NCBI GenBank assembly: GCA_046757525.1
Contig: JBHHYI010000024.1
Coordinates: forward strand, 1 to 35,552
Direction: 5' to 3'
From: a bacterium
GTDB lineage: Bacteria > Zhuqueibacterota > Zhuqueibacteria > Oceanimicrobiales > Oceanimicrobiaceae
DNA: 35,552 nt
Shown here: in pieces, positions 1 through 8,721 of the stretch
Position numbering within the stretch: position 1 is the stretch's first letter
Layout of the letters: every line of letters begins with the position of its first letter
The notes under the pieces: model-generated
Told to the model about the DNA's origin: nothing
Seen by the model: the letters and a program-made list of their open reading frames with translations, nothing else
Database searches by the model: none
Position numbers and translations under genes: made by a program

Positions 1-87
1 ATCGAAGGGCGGCGCCCGTCACCCCTCGATACGGTCACTTGAGAAGCAGTGACCTGCTCGGGATGACTCGCACATTGTTCTCTGGAA
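1..87. repeat. Dispersed REP/REPIN-like palindromic repeat, copy 1 (cut by window edge)
   Basis: 77/87 identical to 27530-27616 (68/74 over the core); internal hairpin GGTCACT-8nt-AGTGACC at 33-54. Confidence 0.9.
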
Positions 88-156
88 GCGCTCTGTGCTT
101 GTATGATATCGAACTCGGGAAGGCCGGTTGGCGTCAACTTAAGCCGCAGCTCTCGT

Positions 157-309
157 GGGCTGTCCAAAAAAGGCAATTATTCTGTCATTCTCGCGAAAGC
201 GGGAATCTATAAGCTGTTGTTTTCTGGATTCCTGCTTGCGCAGGAATGACAAACCTGTTCCTGACTGGTTCAGGAATCGGAGGTTCTTTTTCGACTTTTT
301 GGACACCCC
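157..309. mobile_element. Inner MITE with IS1182-like terminal inverted repeats
   Basis: GGGCTGTCCAAAAA (157-170) vs TTTTTGGACACCCC (296-309), 13/14 inverted match; family assignment from memory; no target-site duplication seen. Confidence 0.55.
183..251. repeat. Palindromic REP-type doublet (GTCATTCYCGCGAAAGCGGGAATC...GATTCC...GGAATGAC; dRS3/RPE-like)
   Basis: Two inverted units, each with an internal hairpin, bounded by TGTCATTC/GAATGACA. Confidence 0.8.
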
Positions 310-324
310 CATGGAGTTGCTTGA

Positions 325-410
325 GAAGCTCTGCTTCGATGAGTTCGAGTTGCCTAACGAAGCAAAGCTTCGCTACCAATTGCGTTCCAAAATAAAATTT
401 TGGAACGAGA
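325..410. repeat. Palindromic repeat element (GAAGCTCTGCTTCG...CGAAGCAAAGCTTC plus CGTTCC...GGAACGAGA hairpin)
   Basis: 13/14 inverted repeat 325-338/358-371; perfect 11-bp stem 383-393/397-407; terminal ACGAGA (405-410) is complementary to TCTCGT at 151-156. Confidence 0.7.
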
Positions 411-488
411 AGGGTGGTGCTTAGAGCTGTGAAAGTCTGCGCTACCAATGAAAATCTCTTAAGTTGACGCCCAAAGGCGAAGGCCGGA

Positions 489-553
489 TGAAGCACTCCG
501 CCGGGCCCTGTCACAGGAGGTTGCTTCGCTCGATCCGGTCGTTGGCAATGACA
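489..553. repeat. Degenerate REP-like element (GAAGCA..TC / GAG.TTGCTTCG...GCAATGACA type)
   Basis: GAGGTTGCTTCG at 517-528 and GCAATGACA at 545-553 resemble a widespread intergenic palindrome family; TGAAGCACTC (489-498) is partly complementary. Confidence 0.45.
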
Positions 554-591
554 TTCTGGGCGTTCATTTTTACAATAGTTGAGTCAGTCGG

Positions 592-2211
592 ATGGTTTTT
601 GCGCAAACTGCCGTGTATGAATCTCTTGGGCTGCTCTTTCTCTTGTACGCCGAGACTCATTATGCTTTCAAAGGCGTTTATAGTCGTCTCAAGAAAAGAG
701 AGCCGGAAATTGTTGCGGACCTGCCCCATCGGATGGAGGCAAAAACTCCGTTGCCTATTTTGCTCATGGTAAAGGATGCCGATCGCTATCCGGTGGCGCT
801 GCACGCGCTGCGCGTTCATATTTCCTCAGGAGACGAAAGTGAGTGCCAGCAGTTTGAACTGGGTGCAGAAATCGTTCGGGAGAAATTTTGGCACCGGGTG
901 TTTGAGTGCGTTCCACAAAAAAGCTTCGTGGGGGCGACAAAAGTCGACGTGGCCGTCGAGTATGAAATCGGCAACGAAGTTCGACTGGCAAGAAATGACA
1001 ATTACGCATGCAGTAGCCACGCACCGTTCGAAGTTTACATTTCAGACACCGGGCTCCCCAAAACCTCGGGTTGGCACTTGGGTGAATTTCACTGCCACAC
1101 AGCCTACACCAATGACCAGGTTGAATTCGGCGCGCCGGTAGGAGCGACCGCCCAATTGGCGCGCCGGATGGGTTTGAGCTTTTACTGCGCCACCGACCAT
1201 TCGTACGATTTGGACGATTGCCCAAACGATTATTTGAAGCGGGACCCGCTCTTAACCAGGTGGACGGATTTGCGCCGCGAGATTGAAGCGTTCAATGCGT
1301 CCAAGTCGGGATTTGTCATCGTTCCGGGAGAAGAGGTGTCTTGTGGTAACCAACGCAACCGCAATGTACACTTTCTGATTTTGAACCACTCGGAATTTCT
1401 ACACGGCGCCGGCGACAGTGCTGAGAAATGGCTGCACAGCAGACCCGAGTCGACGGTAGCGGAGATTTTGCAAAAGGTGAGTCCCAACGCTTTGGCCTAT
1501 GCCGCCCATCCGGAAATCAGACCGCCATTGTTGCAGCGGCTGTTGCTGCGGCGCGGCAAATGGCACCACCAGGATTACCAGCACCAACGATTGAACGGGA
1601 TGCAGATTTGGAACGGCACGGCGAACGGCCTGAAGCAAGGCAAGCAAAAATGGGTTCAGTTGCTTCTGGAAGGCAGACGTCTGTTCATCAGTGGCGGCAA
1701 CGACGCCCACGGCAATTTCAATCGCTTTCGTCAGATTGGATTCCCGTTTTTCACCATGCGGGAGAATCACGAGCATCTGTTCGGCAAAGTTCGCACCGGG
1801 GTTTTTCTGGAGCAAGAGCTCTCGCTCGGCACCCTGTTGGACGCCATTGGGAAGGGAAGAATGGTGGTTACGGACGGGCCTTTTGCTGAGATTTCTCTGG
1901 TGCGTGAATCGGACAACCAGACTGGAATAGGGGAGAGCGCCCACGGCAGATTTTCCACAATGAGAATTCGCGCTCGCTCCTCACCTGAGTTTGGGGCATT
2001 GAGCGCGCTGCAGATTTATCGAGGGGACTTAGAGCAGCGCAAGGAAATGGTGTGGCAGACTCTCCACCATTTCGCCGGACCTTATTGCCACGAACAATGT
2101 CTCCCGTTGCCTGAAAAGGGAGGGGCTTTCTATTACAGGGCTGAGCTCTATTCTCAAAACGGAGAAAAACAGCACTGTTGTTTGACCAATCCCATCTGGG
2201 TCCGACGTTAA
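592..2211 (+). CDS. PHP-domain metallohydrolase (CehA/McbA-like)
   Basis: 539 aa; PHP metal motifs GEFHCHT, ATDH, PGEEVS, AAHP, GGNDAH; stop shares TTAA (2208-2211) with the convergent gene. Confidence 0.8.
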   Translation: MVFAQTAVYESLGLLFLLYAETHYAFKGVYSRLKKREPEIVADLPHRMEAKTPLPILLMVKDADRYPVALHALRVHISSGDESECQQFELGAEIVREKFWHRVFECVPQKSFVGATKVDVAVEYEIGNEVRLARNDNYACSSHAPFEVYISDTGLPKTSGWHLGEFHCHTAYTNDQVEFGAPVGATAQLARRMGLSFYCATDHSYDLDDCPNDYLKRDPLLTRWTDLRREIEAFNASKSGFVIVPGEEVSCGNQRNRNVHFLILNHSEFLHGAGDSAEKWLHSRPESTVAEILQKVSPNALAYAAHPEIRPPLLQRLLLRRGKWHHQDYQHQRLNGMQIWNGTANGLKQGKQKWVQLLLEGRRLFISGGNDAHGNFNRFRQIGFPFFTMRENHEHLFGKVRTGVFLEQELSLGTLLDAIGKGRMVVTDGPFAEISLVRESDNQTGIGESAHGRFSTMRIRARSSPEFGALSALQIYRGDLEQRKEMVWQTLHHFAGPYCHEQCLPLPEKGGAFYYRAELYSQNGEKQHCCLTNPIWVRR

Positions 2212-2696
2212 AATAGTTTTATCTTTTTGACAATTTTTTTGAGCGAGCGTCCGAATTTCTTGGAGATGATTTGTACACACCGCTCTTCGTCCTCACCATG
2301 GCTGGTAGTTTCGACCCCGTCGACCTCTTTCAAACACGCGTGCACGATGTAGCGTTCATAGCTTCCCATGGGTGGGAGGTCGATGGGGTTGCCAGTTTCG
2401 AGCACTTCCTGGGCCTTCTCTTTGGCGAACCGTTCGATGTTGCCCACCGGGTAGATGAACAGGCTGAACTTGTCGTCGTGCCGGTAGGTGCGCGTCTGAA
2501 TGTCCTGATCGTGGTCGAAATGGCGGTGAATCAATCGGCGCTCGAAAGAATTCAAACCGTCGACCACTTCCGGGGTTATGGAGTCCCGCAGTTTTTCCTC
2601 GACATCTGCAATAATCTTCTGAACGTTGGTGGAGGAAGGGATTCTGTTCTTAAACCGTTTTCTGTAAAACCCTTTGTTTCTCTTTTTGTCTTCCAT
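2208..2696 (-). CDS. Tandem R3H-domain nucleic-acid-binding protein (Jag/KhpB-related)
   Basis: Two RxxxH motifs: LNSFERRLIH and PPMGSYERYIVH...TTSHGEDEERCVQI. Confidence 0.8.
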   Translation of the reverse strand: MEDKKRNKGFYRKRFKNRIPSSTNVQKIIADVEEKLRDSITPEVVDGLNSFERRLIHRHFDHDQDIQTRTYRHDDKFSLFIYPVGNIERFAKEKAQEVLETGNPIDLPPMGSYERYIVHACLKEVDGVETTSHGEDEERCVQIISKKFGRSLKKIVKKIKLF

Positions 2697-2717
2697 AGTT
2701 CGTTGTTTCCTGCTAAT

Positions 2718-4130
2718 TTATAAGTTAGTTACAAGCTTTTTGGGAATCTGGTTAAAATCTCCATTACTCATAAAGACAACTACATCGCCGGGTGCGAGCT
2801 GGGCTTGTAGCCAGGGCAGCATCTGGGAATTCGCTGGCAGGACCCAGTTTTGAATATTTCTTTTTTGTAGGCCCCGGGCGATTTTTTCGACGGAAAGGCG
2901 TTCGGCTTCCGGAACCTTCTCCGGCTTGTACAGGGGGGTCAAGACGACCCGATCGGCGGCTTCGAAGGCTTGCACATACTGTTCCTCGAAAATCTTGCGT
3001 TTGCTGGTTGCGGTGCGTGGTTCGAAAATAGCCCACAACCGTACCTGTTTGAATCGGTCTCGCAGGCCTGCCAAGGTGGCTTTCACTGCGGTGGGATGGT
3101 GGGCAAAATCATCGAAAACCTTGATGCCCCTGACTTCCCCGATCAATTGCAACCGGCGCTGGACGCCTTTAAAAGTCATCAGGCTCTCTCGGATCTGGTC
3201 TTTATTGAGTCCCAGGACGTCGCTTGCTGCCATGACGCCCAGGCAATTCTTGACCATGTGTTGGCCATAAAGCGGGGTTGTGAATCGGCCAAAGAACTCC
3301 TGGCTGCGATAGACGTCGAAATGGCTGCCAGCGGAATCGGTTGAAATGTTCTGGGCCTGCCAGTCTGCCTCTGCCGTCAGGCCGAAGGAAATCAACTCAG
3401 AATGGGTGCGGGCGCTCAGTTTTTTGACCACGGGATCGTCCCAGTTGGAAATCAGGTAGCCGTTTTGGGGAATGAGATTGATTAGGCGTGAGAAGGTGAT
3501 TTCAATGTCGTCGAAGTTTCTGAAAATATCTGCGTGATCGAACTCGACGTTGTTCAAGATGACCAGGTCCGGGAGATAGTGCAGAAACTTGGCGCCTTTG
3601 TCAAAAAAAGCGGAGTCGTATTCATCGCCTTCCAGGACAAAAATCTCGCCACTGCCCAACTTGAAACCGCGTCCGAAGTTTTCCGGGAGGCCAGCGACAA
3701 AAAAGCTTGGGTCTTTGTCAGCTTGCTCCAGAAGCCAGGCAAGCAATGAGCTGGCAGTGGTTTTGCCGTGAGTGCCTGCGACCACACAGGAGTAGTGCCC
3801 GCGAATGAAGAATTCTTTGAGCGCCAAAGGCAGCGAGACGTACGGTAACTTTTTCTCCAACACGGCTTCCACTTCAGGATTGCCTCTTGACATGGCGTTG
3901 CCGATGACGACTAAATCCGGCGGTGGGTTTAGATGGCTCTCGCTGAACCCCTTGAACACCGGCACCCCCAGTTCTTCCAAAAAGGTACTCATGGGTGGGT
4001 AGACATTCTGGTCAGAGCCTTTGATGTCGTACCCCCTGGATTTTAGTAAGCCAGCCAGGGCGGTCATTCCCGTGCCACAGATGGCAATGAGGTAAATGGA
4101 TTGCAGCGAATCTCGGTTTTTGATGAACAT
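2718..4130 (-). CDS. mpl: UDP-MurNAc:L-Ala-gamma-D-Glu-mDAP ligase (murein peptide ligase)
   Basis: ICGTGM, GSDQNVYPPMS, GNAMSRGNPEVE, AGTHGKTT, EGDEYDSAFFDK, DDFAHHPTA, MSNGDF. Confidence 0.92.
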   Translation of the reverse strand: MFIKNRDSLQSIYLIAICGTGMTALAGLLKSRGYDIKGSDQNVYPPMSTFLEELGVPVFKGFSESHLNPPPDLVVIGNAMSRGNPEVEAVLEKKLPYVSLPLALKEFFIRGHYSCVVAGTHGKTTASSLLAWLLEQADKDPSFFVAGLPENFGRGFKLGSGEIFVLEGDEYDSAFFDKGAKFLHYLPDLVILNNVEFDHADIFRNFDDIEITFSRLINLIPQNGYLISNWDDPVVKKLSARTHSELISFGLTAEADWQAQNISTDSAGSHFDVYRSQEFFGRFTTPLYGQHMVKNCLGVMAASDVLGLNKDQIRESLMTFKGVQRRLQLIGEVRGIKVFDDFAHHPTAVKATLAGLRDRFKQVRLWAIFEPRTATSKRKIFEEQYVQAFEAADRVVLTPLYKPEKVPEAERLSVEKIARGLQKRNIQNWVLPANSQMLPWLQAQLAPGDVVVFMSNGDFNQIPKKLVTNL

Positions 4131-4132
4131 GC

Positions 4133-4891
4133 TCAGTGCTGAGGCCGGTTTAGATTGGTGATTTTCTTTTGCTTGAGCCCGTCTTTTTCGAATACCAAAC
4201 GCATGGGTACTCCCGCAGCGCCTACTTTTGGCAATTCCTGACCTTTAAATCTCAATTTAATGCCCCCGGCATTCTCGACTAAGATGTCGTAGCGCGCACG
4301 TGCCACCAGATCGATGTCGGAACCTGGCGCGAGCGTGTACTCTTCAACCTGCTGGTCATCGATAGTGATTTGCAGCCAAACCTGTTCCAGGGCTGTGACT
4401 TTCAAATCGAGAAGCGAATCCAATGGTACGTTTGTATTGGCATTTCTAAAATCGAAGCCGGATTCCGTTTGTGCAAGACTGGCAGAAAAACCCGCTTGGT
4501 TCTGTGCGGCCACGGGTGCAATGTCTGAGTTGTATTTTAGGTAGGCAAAAACAAGACCCAGCAACAGGAGGAGAGCCGCCAAGCCCAGACTCCATTCCAG
4601 CTTTCGATCCGTTTTGACAACCTGATCGGAAGCGTCGCGCTTTTCTTTTGTCCTTTGCTCATTGCTCTGAAAATCGTGGTATTTTTTCAAAACTTCTTCG
4701 GCATCGATGCCTAAGGATTTGGCGTAGGTGCTCAAAAACGACTTCATGTAAGTGGCAGGCAAAAAGGTCAAGTTGCCTTCTTCGATCAGTTTTAGCTGGG
4801 CCACACTTATTTTTGTCAGACGGTGAATGTCTTCAAGAGATTTGTTGGCCTGTTCTCTGGTCTGTTTTAGTTGTTGGCCGATGGTTTCCAT
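4133..4891 (-). CDS. RodZ-like protein (N-terminal HTH, TM helix, C-terminal DUF4115-type domain)
   Basis: METIGQQLKQTRE...LKLIEEG...LPATYMKSFLSTYAKSLGID; one TM; VWLQITID...ENAGGI; ATG at 4891 preferred over upstream TTG at 4918. Confidence 0.8.
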   Translation of the reverse strand: METIGQQLKQTREQANKSLEDIHRLTKISVAQLKLIEEGNLTFLPATYMKSFLSTYAKSLGIDAEEVLKKYHDFQSNEQRTKEKRDASDQVVKTDRKLEWSLGLAALLLLLGLVFAYLKYNSDIAPVAAQNQAGFSASLAQTESGFDFRNANTNVPLDSLLDLKVTALEQVWLQITIDDQQVEEYTLAPGSDIDLVARARYDILVENAGGIKLRFKGQELPKVGAAGVPMRLVFEKDGLKQKKITNLNRPQH

Positions 4892-4921
4892 GTGAGCAAG
4901 AATACTGGATGATTCCAAGAT

Positions 4922-5512
4922 TCAACGACAAAAGGCCCGCAAACACAGGTAAAATTTAGTCAGCGGGAATCCCACCACGTTGTAAAAGCACCCGTCGATT
5001 CTTTCGGCAAAGACGGCACTCAAATCCTGAATGCCGTAGGCCCCTGCTTTGTCCAACGGGCTGTCCGTTTTTATGTAGGTTTCGATTTCCTCATCTTCTA
5101 AGCATCTGAATACGACCCGGGTTTTCTCGAACTCGCTGAAGCATTTTCCGGTCGGTTGGTCGACCAAAGCAAAGCCTGTGTAGACGGTGTGCGTTTTGCC
5201 GCTTAGCCTGTGCAGCATGTCTCTGGCTTCCTGGTCACTGTTGGGTTTACCCAGGATTTGTCCGTCCAGTTCCACGACGGTATCGGCGCCAACAATGATG
5301 CCTGCGTCGATTCTTTTGGCCACTTTCCACGCCTTTCTTTCGGCGAGCTCCAGGACGTGAACTTCCGGAATGGTGTGCTGCTCTTTGTCTTCTTCGACTC
5401 CGCTGTCCATTACTTCAAACTCCAGGCGAAGCAGTCGCAACAAGGCGGCTCTTCGAGGCGATTGTGAGGCCAATATGAGGCGCTTTCCTTTCAAGTCGAG
5501 CATTCCCCTCAC
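4922..5512 (-). CDS. maf: Maf/YhdE-type nucleoside triphosphate pyrophosphatase
   Basis: [36 protein letters not shown]; start GTG 5512 (overlapping the dtd stop) or ATG 5503. Confidence 0.92.
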   Translation of the reverse strand: MRGMLDLKGKRLILASQSPRRAALLRLLRLEFEVMDSGVEEDKEQHTIPEVHVLELAERKAWKVAKRIDAGIIVGADTVVELDGQILGKPNSDQEARDMLHRLSGKTHTVYTGFALVDQPTGKCFSEFEKTRVVFRCLEDEEIETYIKTDSPLDKAGAYGIQDLSAVFAERIDGCFYNVVGFPLTKFYLCLRAFCR

Positions 5513-5952
5513 CTTTTGCTTTCCAGCATGATGGTCACCGGACCGTCGTTGTGAATTTCTACTTGCATCATGGCGCCAAAAATGCCGGTTGCCACTTTGA
5601 TTTCGAATCGCTTTAACTGTTGCACAAAGCTTTCATAGAGAGGTTTGGACAGGTCTGGTGAGGCTGCATCGATGAAACTCGGACGCCGTCCCTTGCGCGT
5701 GTCGGCGTAGAGGGTGAACTGCGACACGACCAGCATTTCACCGCCGACTTCAAGGATCGAATGGTTGAACTTGCCGCTTGCATCTGAAAAGATTCTCAGA
5801 TTGGCACACTTTTGAGCCAGAAATCTGGCATCGTCATCGGTGTCGTCACTTCGTACGCCCAGGAGTACAACCGCGCCCTTGCCAATTTCTCCCACGGTTT
5901 CCCCATTAACAGTAACTGAGCCTTTTGTAACTCTCTGCAGCAACGCTCTCAA
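5509..5952 (-). CDS. dtd: D-aminoacyl-tRNA deacylase
   Basis: [41 protein letters not shown] start. Confidence 0.96.
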   Translation of the reverse strand: MRALLQRVTKGSVTVNGETVGEIGKGAVVLLGVRSDDTDDDARFLAQKCANLRIFSDASGKFNHSILEVGGEMLVVSQFTLYADTRKGRRPSFIDAASPDLSKPLYESFVQQLKRFEIKVATGIFGAMMQVEIHNDGPVTIMLESKR

Positions 5953-6074
5953 TTTGACTTACCAAACGGATTTGTGGTTAAGAATAGGAAAGGAAGGATC
6001 GTACTGAAATCTGTTTCAAAGAGTGGTTTTGCTTAACTCGGCGATTGTCGAAGACAAACCTGATGTACGTGCGT

Positions 6075-6917
6075 TTATTTTAGATTACCGATGTAAATCG
6101 CCAACAAACCTACAAACATATCTGCTTTTAAAAAGAGTGCGATTCGACGTAAAGTATCGGGTAGGGGCTTGCTCCAAAGCGTGACAAGCACAATGACCAA
6201 AACCAGGTCAACCCCTGTCAATACAACCCAAAAGTAACCTTTCCCGTAAATGTCAAAGATAAAAGGAACCAAAGTAAAGAGAATTAGCAGTCCGAACACG
6301 CCAGTGACCACCCCAATAGCCACTGTTTGCCCAAATTGAACCGGCAAAGTTTTGACGGCGTTAACAGCATCGGCTTTTTGATCCTCGACGTCTTTAATGA
6401 TTTCGCGTCCGAGGTGAAACAGGAACGCAAATCCCGCCGGAATCAGCGATTTTTTCCACTCTCCAACCGCCAGGCCGCCGTAGACAAAGGCCAGTGCCGA
6501 GTAGAAACTCACCGCCATATTGCCCACCAGTGCCATTCCCTTTAAACGCGCGCTGTACAGGATTAAACCGGCGCTGGTAAACACAGTGAGCCCTACTGCA
6601 CTAACTTTAATAAATATACTAAGAAAAATACCCAAAACAAACAAAATTATTGAAAAATTTAAAGCCTGGTTTGGTTGGAGCATTCTGGCCGGCAGGGGCC
6701 TACCGGGTTTGTTGATCTGGTCAATCGGCATGTCGAGATAGTCGTTGATCACATTGCCACCGGCCATGACGCAAGCCCCGGAAACGCACGCCATGAGCAC
6801 GTTAGCCACCGGGTGGAGCGAACCTGTGATCAAGGCGCCGAGAAAAATGGCAAGGGCGGCGAGCAAGAGATTGAGCGGACGGGTAATGCGAATAAAAGCA
6901 GAGAGCTTAGAATTCAT
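6075..6917 (-). CDS. UbiA-family prenyltransferase, DGGGP synthase-like
   Basis: ITRPLN, GNVINDYLDMPIDQINKPGRPLP, REIIKDVEDQKAD...KTLP; multiple TM helices. Confidence 0.8.
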   Translation of the reverse strand: MNSKLSAFIRITRPLNLLLAALAIFLGALITGSLHPVANVLMACVSGACVMAGGNVINDYLDMPIDQINKPGRPLPARMLQPNQALNFSIILFVLGIFLSIFIKVSAVGLTVFTSAGLILYSARLKGMALVGNMAVSFYSALAFVYGGLAVGEWKKSLIPAGFAFLFHLGREIIKDVEDQKADAVNAVKTLPVQFGQTVAIGVVTGVFGLLILFTLVPFIFDIYGKGYFWVVLTGVDLVLVIVLVTLWSKPLPDTLRRIALFLKADMFVGLLAIYIGNLK

Positions 6918-8709
6918 TGATCAGCCCGATGTGAACTTTACCATTTGAGAAGCTGTCGCCTTCGCCCAGGCCGTAATCGATCCCGAAGAAGCCAAGTTTG
7001 GTATCGACCCGAAAGCCAATTCCGTAGGCGATTTTGGCGTCTTGGATTTTTCTGAGGTTCGCCCCAACCAGTTCTTCGCGGAAAAAATAACCGGCGTCCA
7101 GGAACAAGAACAGTCGTGAGAGTCTGCCCAGCAGGTAGCGGTATTCGATGTTGGACCAGGCAATGCGGGAGCCGCGGAACTGTTCTTCCCGATAGCCGCG
7201 CAAGGTCAAGGCTCCGCCAAATCGGTACTGGTCTGTAATGGGAATGACCTCTTCGTTGCTGGTGATCTGGCGCCCGTGGAACGCCAGGGAAAAGACCTGC
7301 CACTTAAATAACGGAATGTAGGACTCAAAATCAATGGTAATTCTTTTTTGTTCAAAAGAACTCTTGTCGTTCCCCATCTCTTCGTCTGGTGTGGCGAAGT
7401 CGATGTTTTTCTTGCCTATTTCAAATGAAGTCTCATATCTAACCCCTTTAGTGGGATTGAGCAAGTTGTCTTTGGTGTCATAGGTGAGCCCGATTGCCAC
7501 GCTTAAAGCGTTGCTGGCAGGAATTCCAAAGAGGACGGCGCCCAACGAATCCGGCGAAGTGCTCCGCTTGGAAAACTGGGAGAAGAGGGACAGGTTTTCA
7601 TTGAACAGAAACCGAAAGTCGAGCCCCAGGCTTCTTTGAACGTAGCTGGTGTCCTGGATTAACTGTTCAAAGCGAAAGCCTGCGTGCAAAGGCAAATTGG
7701 CAAGCCAGGGCTCTAAGTAGCGGAATTTCAGCTCCTGGGTCTTTTGTGAACGCCTTTCCCAGCGCGCCTGTATTTGACGGCCGGTGCCGACCAGGTTGCC
7801 AAACGAGAGGTCTAAGAGTCCCGTCACAAAGCCTTTGGATGACGCAGTCGCCGGGTTGTAGCCGATGACGCCATCCATGCGGTTGCTGCTGCCTTCCTCC
7901 AATTCGATGACGAGCTTGCCGGTACCGTCTTGCTGCATCTCGAGCCTGGGCGGGTTCACCCATTTGAAATATCCCAGCTTCATCAAGTTGGATGCGATCT
8001 TCTCCACTTTGTTTTGATTGAACACGTCGCCGGTCTTCAGGCCCAGTTCCCTCAAGATGACATAATCCTTGGTCTGTTCAGTGCCTAAAATCTCGATCTT
8101 GCCTATGGTAACCTTAGGACCTGGCGAAACGTTTAACCTGATGTCCAGGCCAGATTCACCGGTCGCGTTTAACGGTTCCACTTTCATCTCACCGATGTTT
8201 ACCTGGCAGAACGGCTGTCCCTTGTTTTCGAAGTAGTCGATTAGGTAGAGAATGTCGCTCTCTAAGGTCTCCTGTTTGAAGGTTTTTCCTGGTTTCGATT
8301 CCAGATTCTGCAAGATTTTCTGGTCCTTGTGCTCCAGGCCAGCAACCGTCACCTGGTTTATTTTGAGGATATCGCCTTCCACAACGCGAATGGTCAGGTC
8401 CACCTGGGTGGAATCCGGATTGTAATCGAAATGCATGGAGTCGATGCTGGCAAAATAGAACCCGTGCTCGACATAGCGTCGCAGGATTTGGGAACAGCGT
8501 TGTCGGGCGTCGGGTTCCGACATTCTTTGACCTTTGCGGTAGTTAAACCAGGTCTGGAGGGTGCTGCGGTTTACTTTTTTGTTGCCCAGAACTTTGAGCC
8601 GGTTGAGTCTGGCCGAGGTTGGGCGCGCGTTTTGGCCGCTGAGATTGGAGCACGCCAAACTCAAACAGAGCAGTTCCAGGATTGTTAACGCTTTTAGGAT
8701 TTTCATCAC
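6907..8709 (-). CDS. Omp85 (BamA/TamA-like) outer-membrane protein with about 3 POTRA domains
   Basis: Signal peptide; POTRA-like repeats (VLGNKKV, IEILGTEQTKDYVILREL); NLVGTGR barrel start; GGALTLRGY loop motif; C-terminal Phe. Confidence 0.85.
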   Translation of the reverse strand: MMKILKALTILELLCLSLACSNLSGQNARPTSARLNRLKVLGNKKVNRSTLQTWFNYRKGQRMSEPDARQRCSQILRRYVEHGFYFASIDSMHFDYNPDSTQVDLTIRVVEGDILKINQVTVAGLEHKDQKILQNLESKPGKTFKQETLESDILYLIDYFENKGQPFCQVNIGEMKVEPLNATGESGLDIRLNVSPGPKVTIGKIEILGTEQTKDYVILRELGLKTGDVFNQNKVEKIASNLMKLGYFKWVNPPRLEMQQDGTGKLVIELEEGSSNRMDGVIGYNPATASSKGFVTGLLDLSFGNLVGTGRQIQARWERRSQKTQELKFRYLEPWLANLPLHAGFRFEQLIQDTSYVQRSLGLDFRFLFNENLSLFSQFSKRSTSPDSLGAVLFGIPASNALSVAIGLTYDTKDNLLNPTKGVRYETSFEIGKKNIDFATPDEEMGNDKSSFEQKRITIDFESYIPLFKWQVFSLAFHGRQITSNEEVIPITDQYRFGGALTLRGYREEQFRGSRIAWSNIEYRYLLGRLSRLFLFLDAGYFFREELVGANLRKIQDAKIAYGIGFRVDTKLGFFGIDYGLGEGDSFSNGKVHIGLINEF

Positions 8710-8721
8710 AAAAAAATAAGG

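Larger units (their letters stand above)
126..475. mobile_element. Non-autonomous MITE with IS4-family (IS231-like) terminal inverted repeats
   Basis: Perfect 14-bp inverted repeat GGCGTCAACTTAAG (130-143)/CTTAAGTTGACGCC (458-471). The TCAACTTAAG core resembles IS231-group ends (from memory). Imperfect 10-bp flanking direct repeats CGGGAAGGCC (116-125)/GGCGAAGGCC (476-485). No transposase inside. Confidence 0.65.

Noticed and set aside
155..514. ORFs 155-424 (+) and 185-514 (-)
   Set aside because: Translations of palindromic repeats (e.g. VIPAQAGIQ, LDSCLRRND); no protein family features
1..553. Possible CRISPR array or integron attC array
   Set aside because: No regularly spaced identical repeats with unique spacers, no cas or integrase genes; the repeats are heterogeneous nested palindromes
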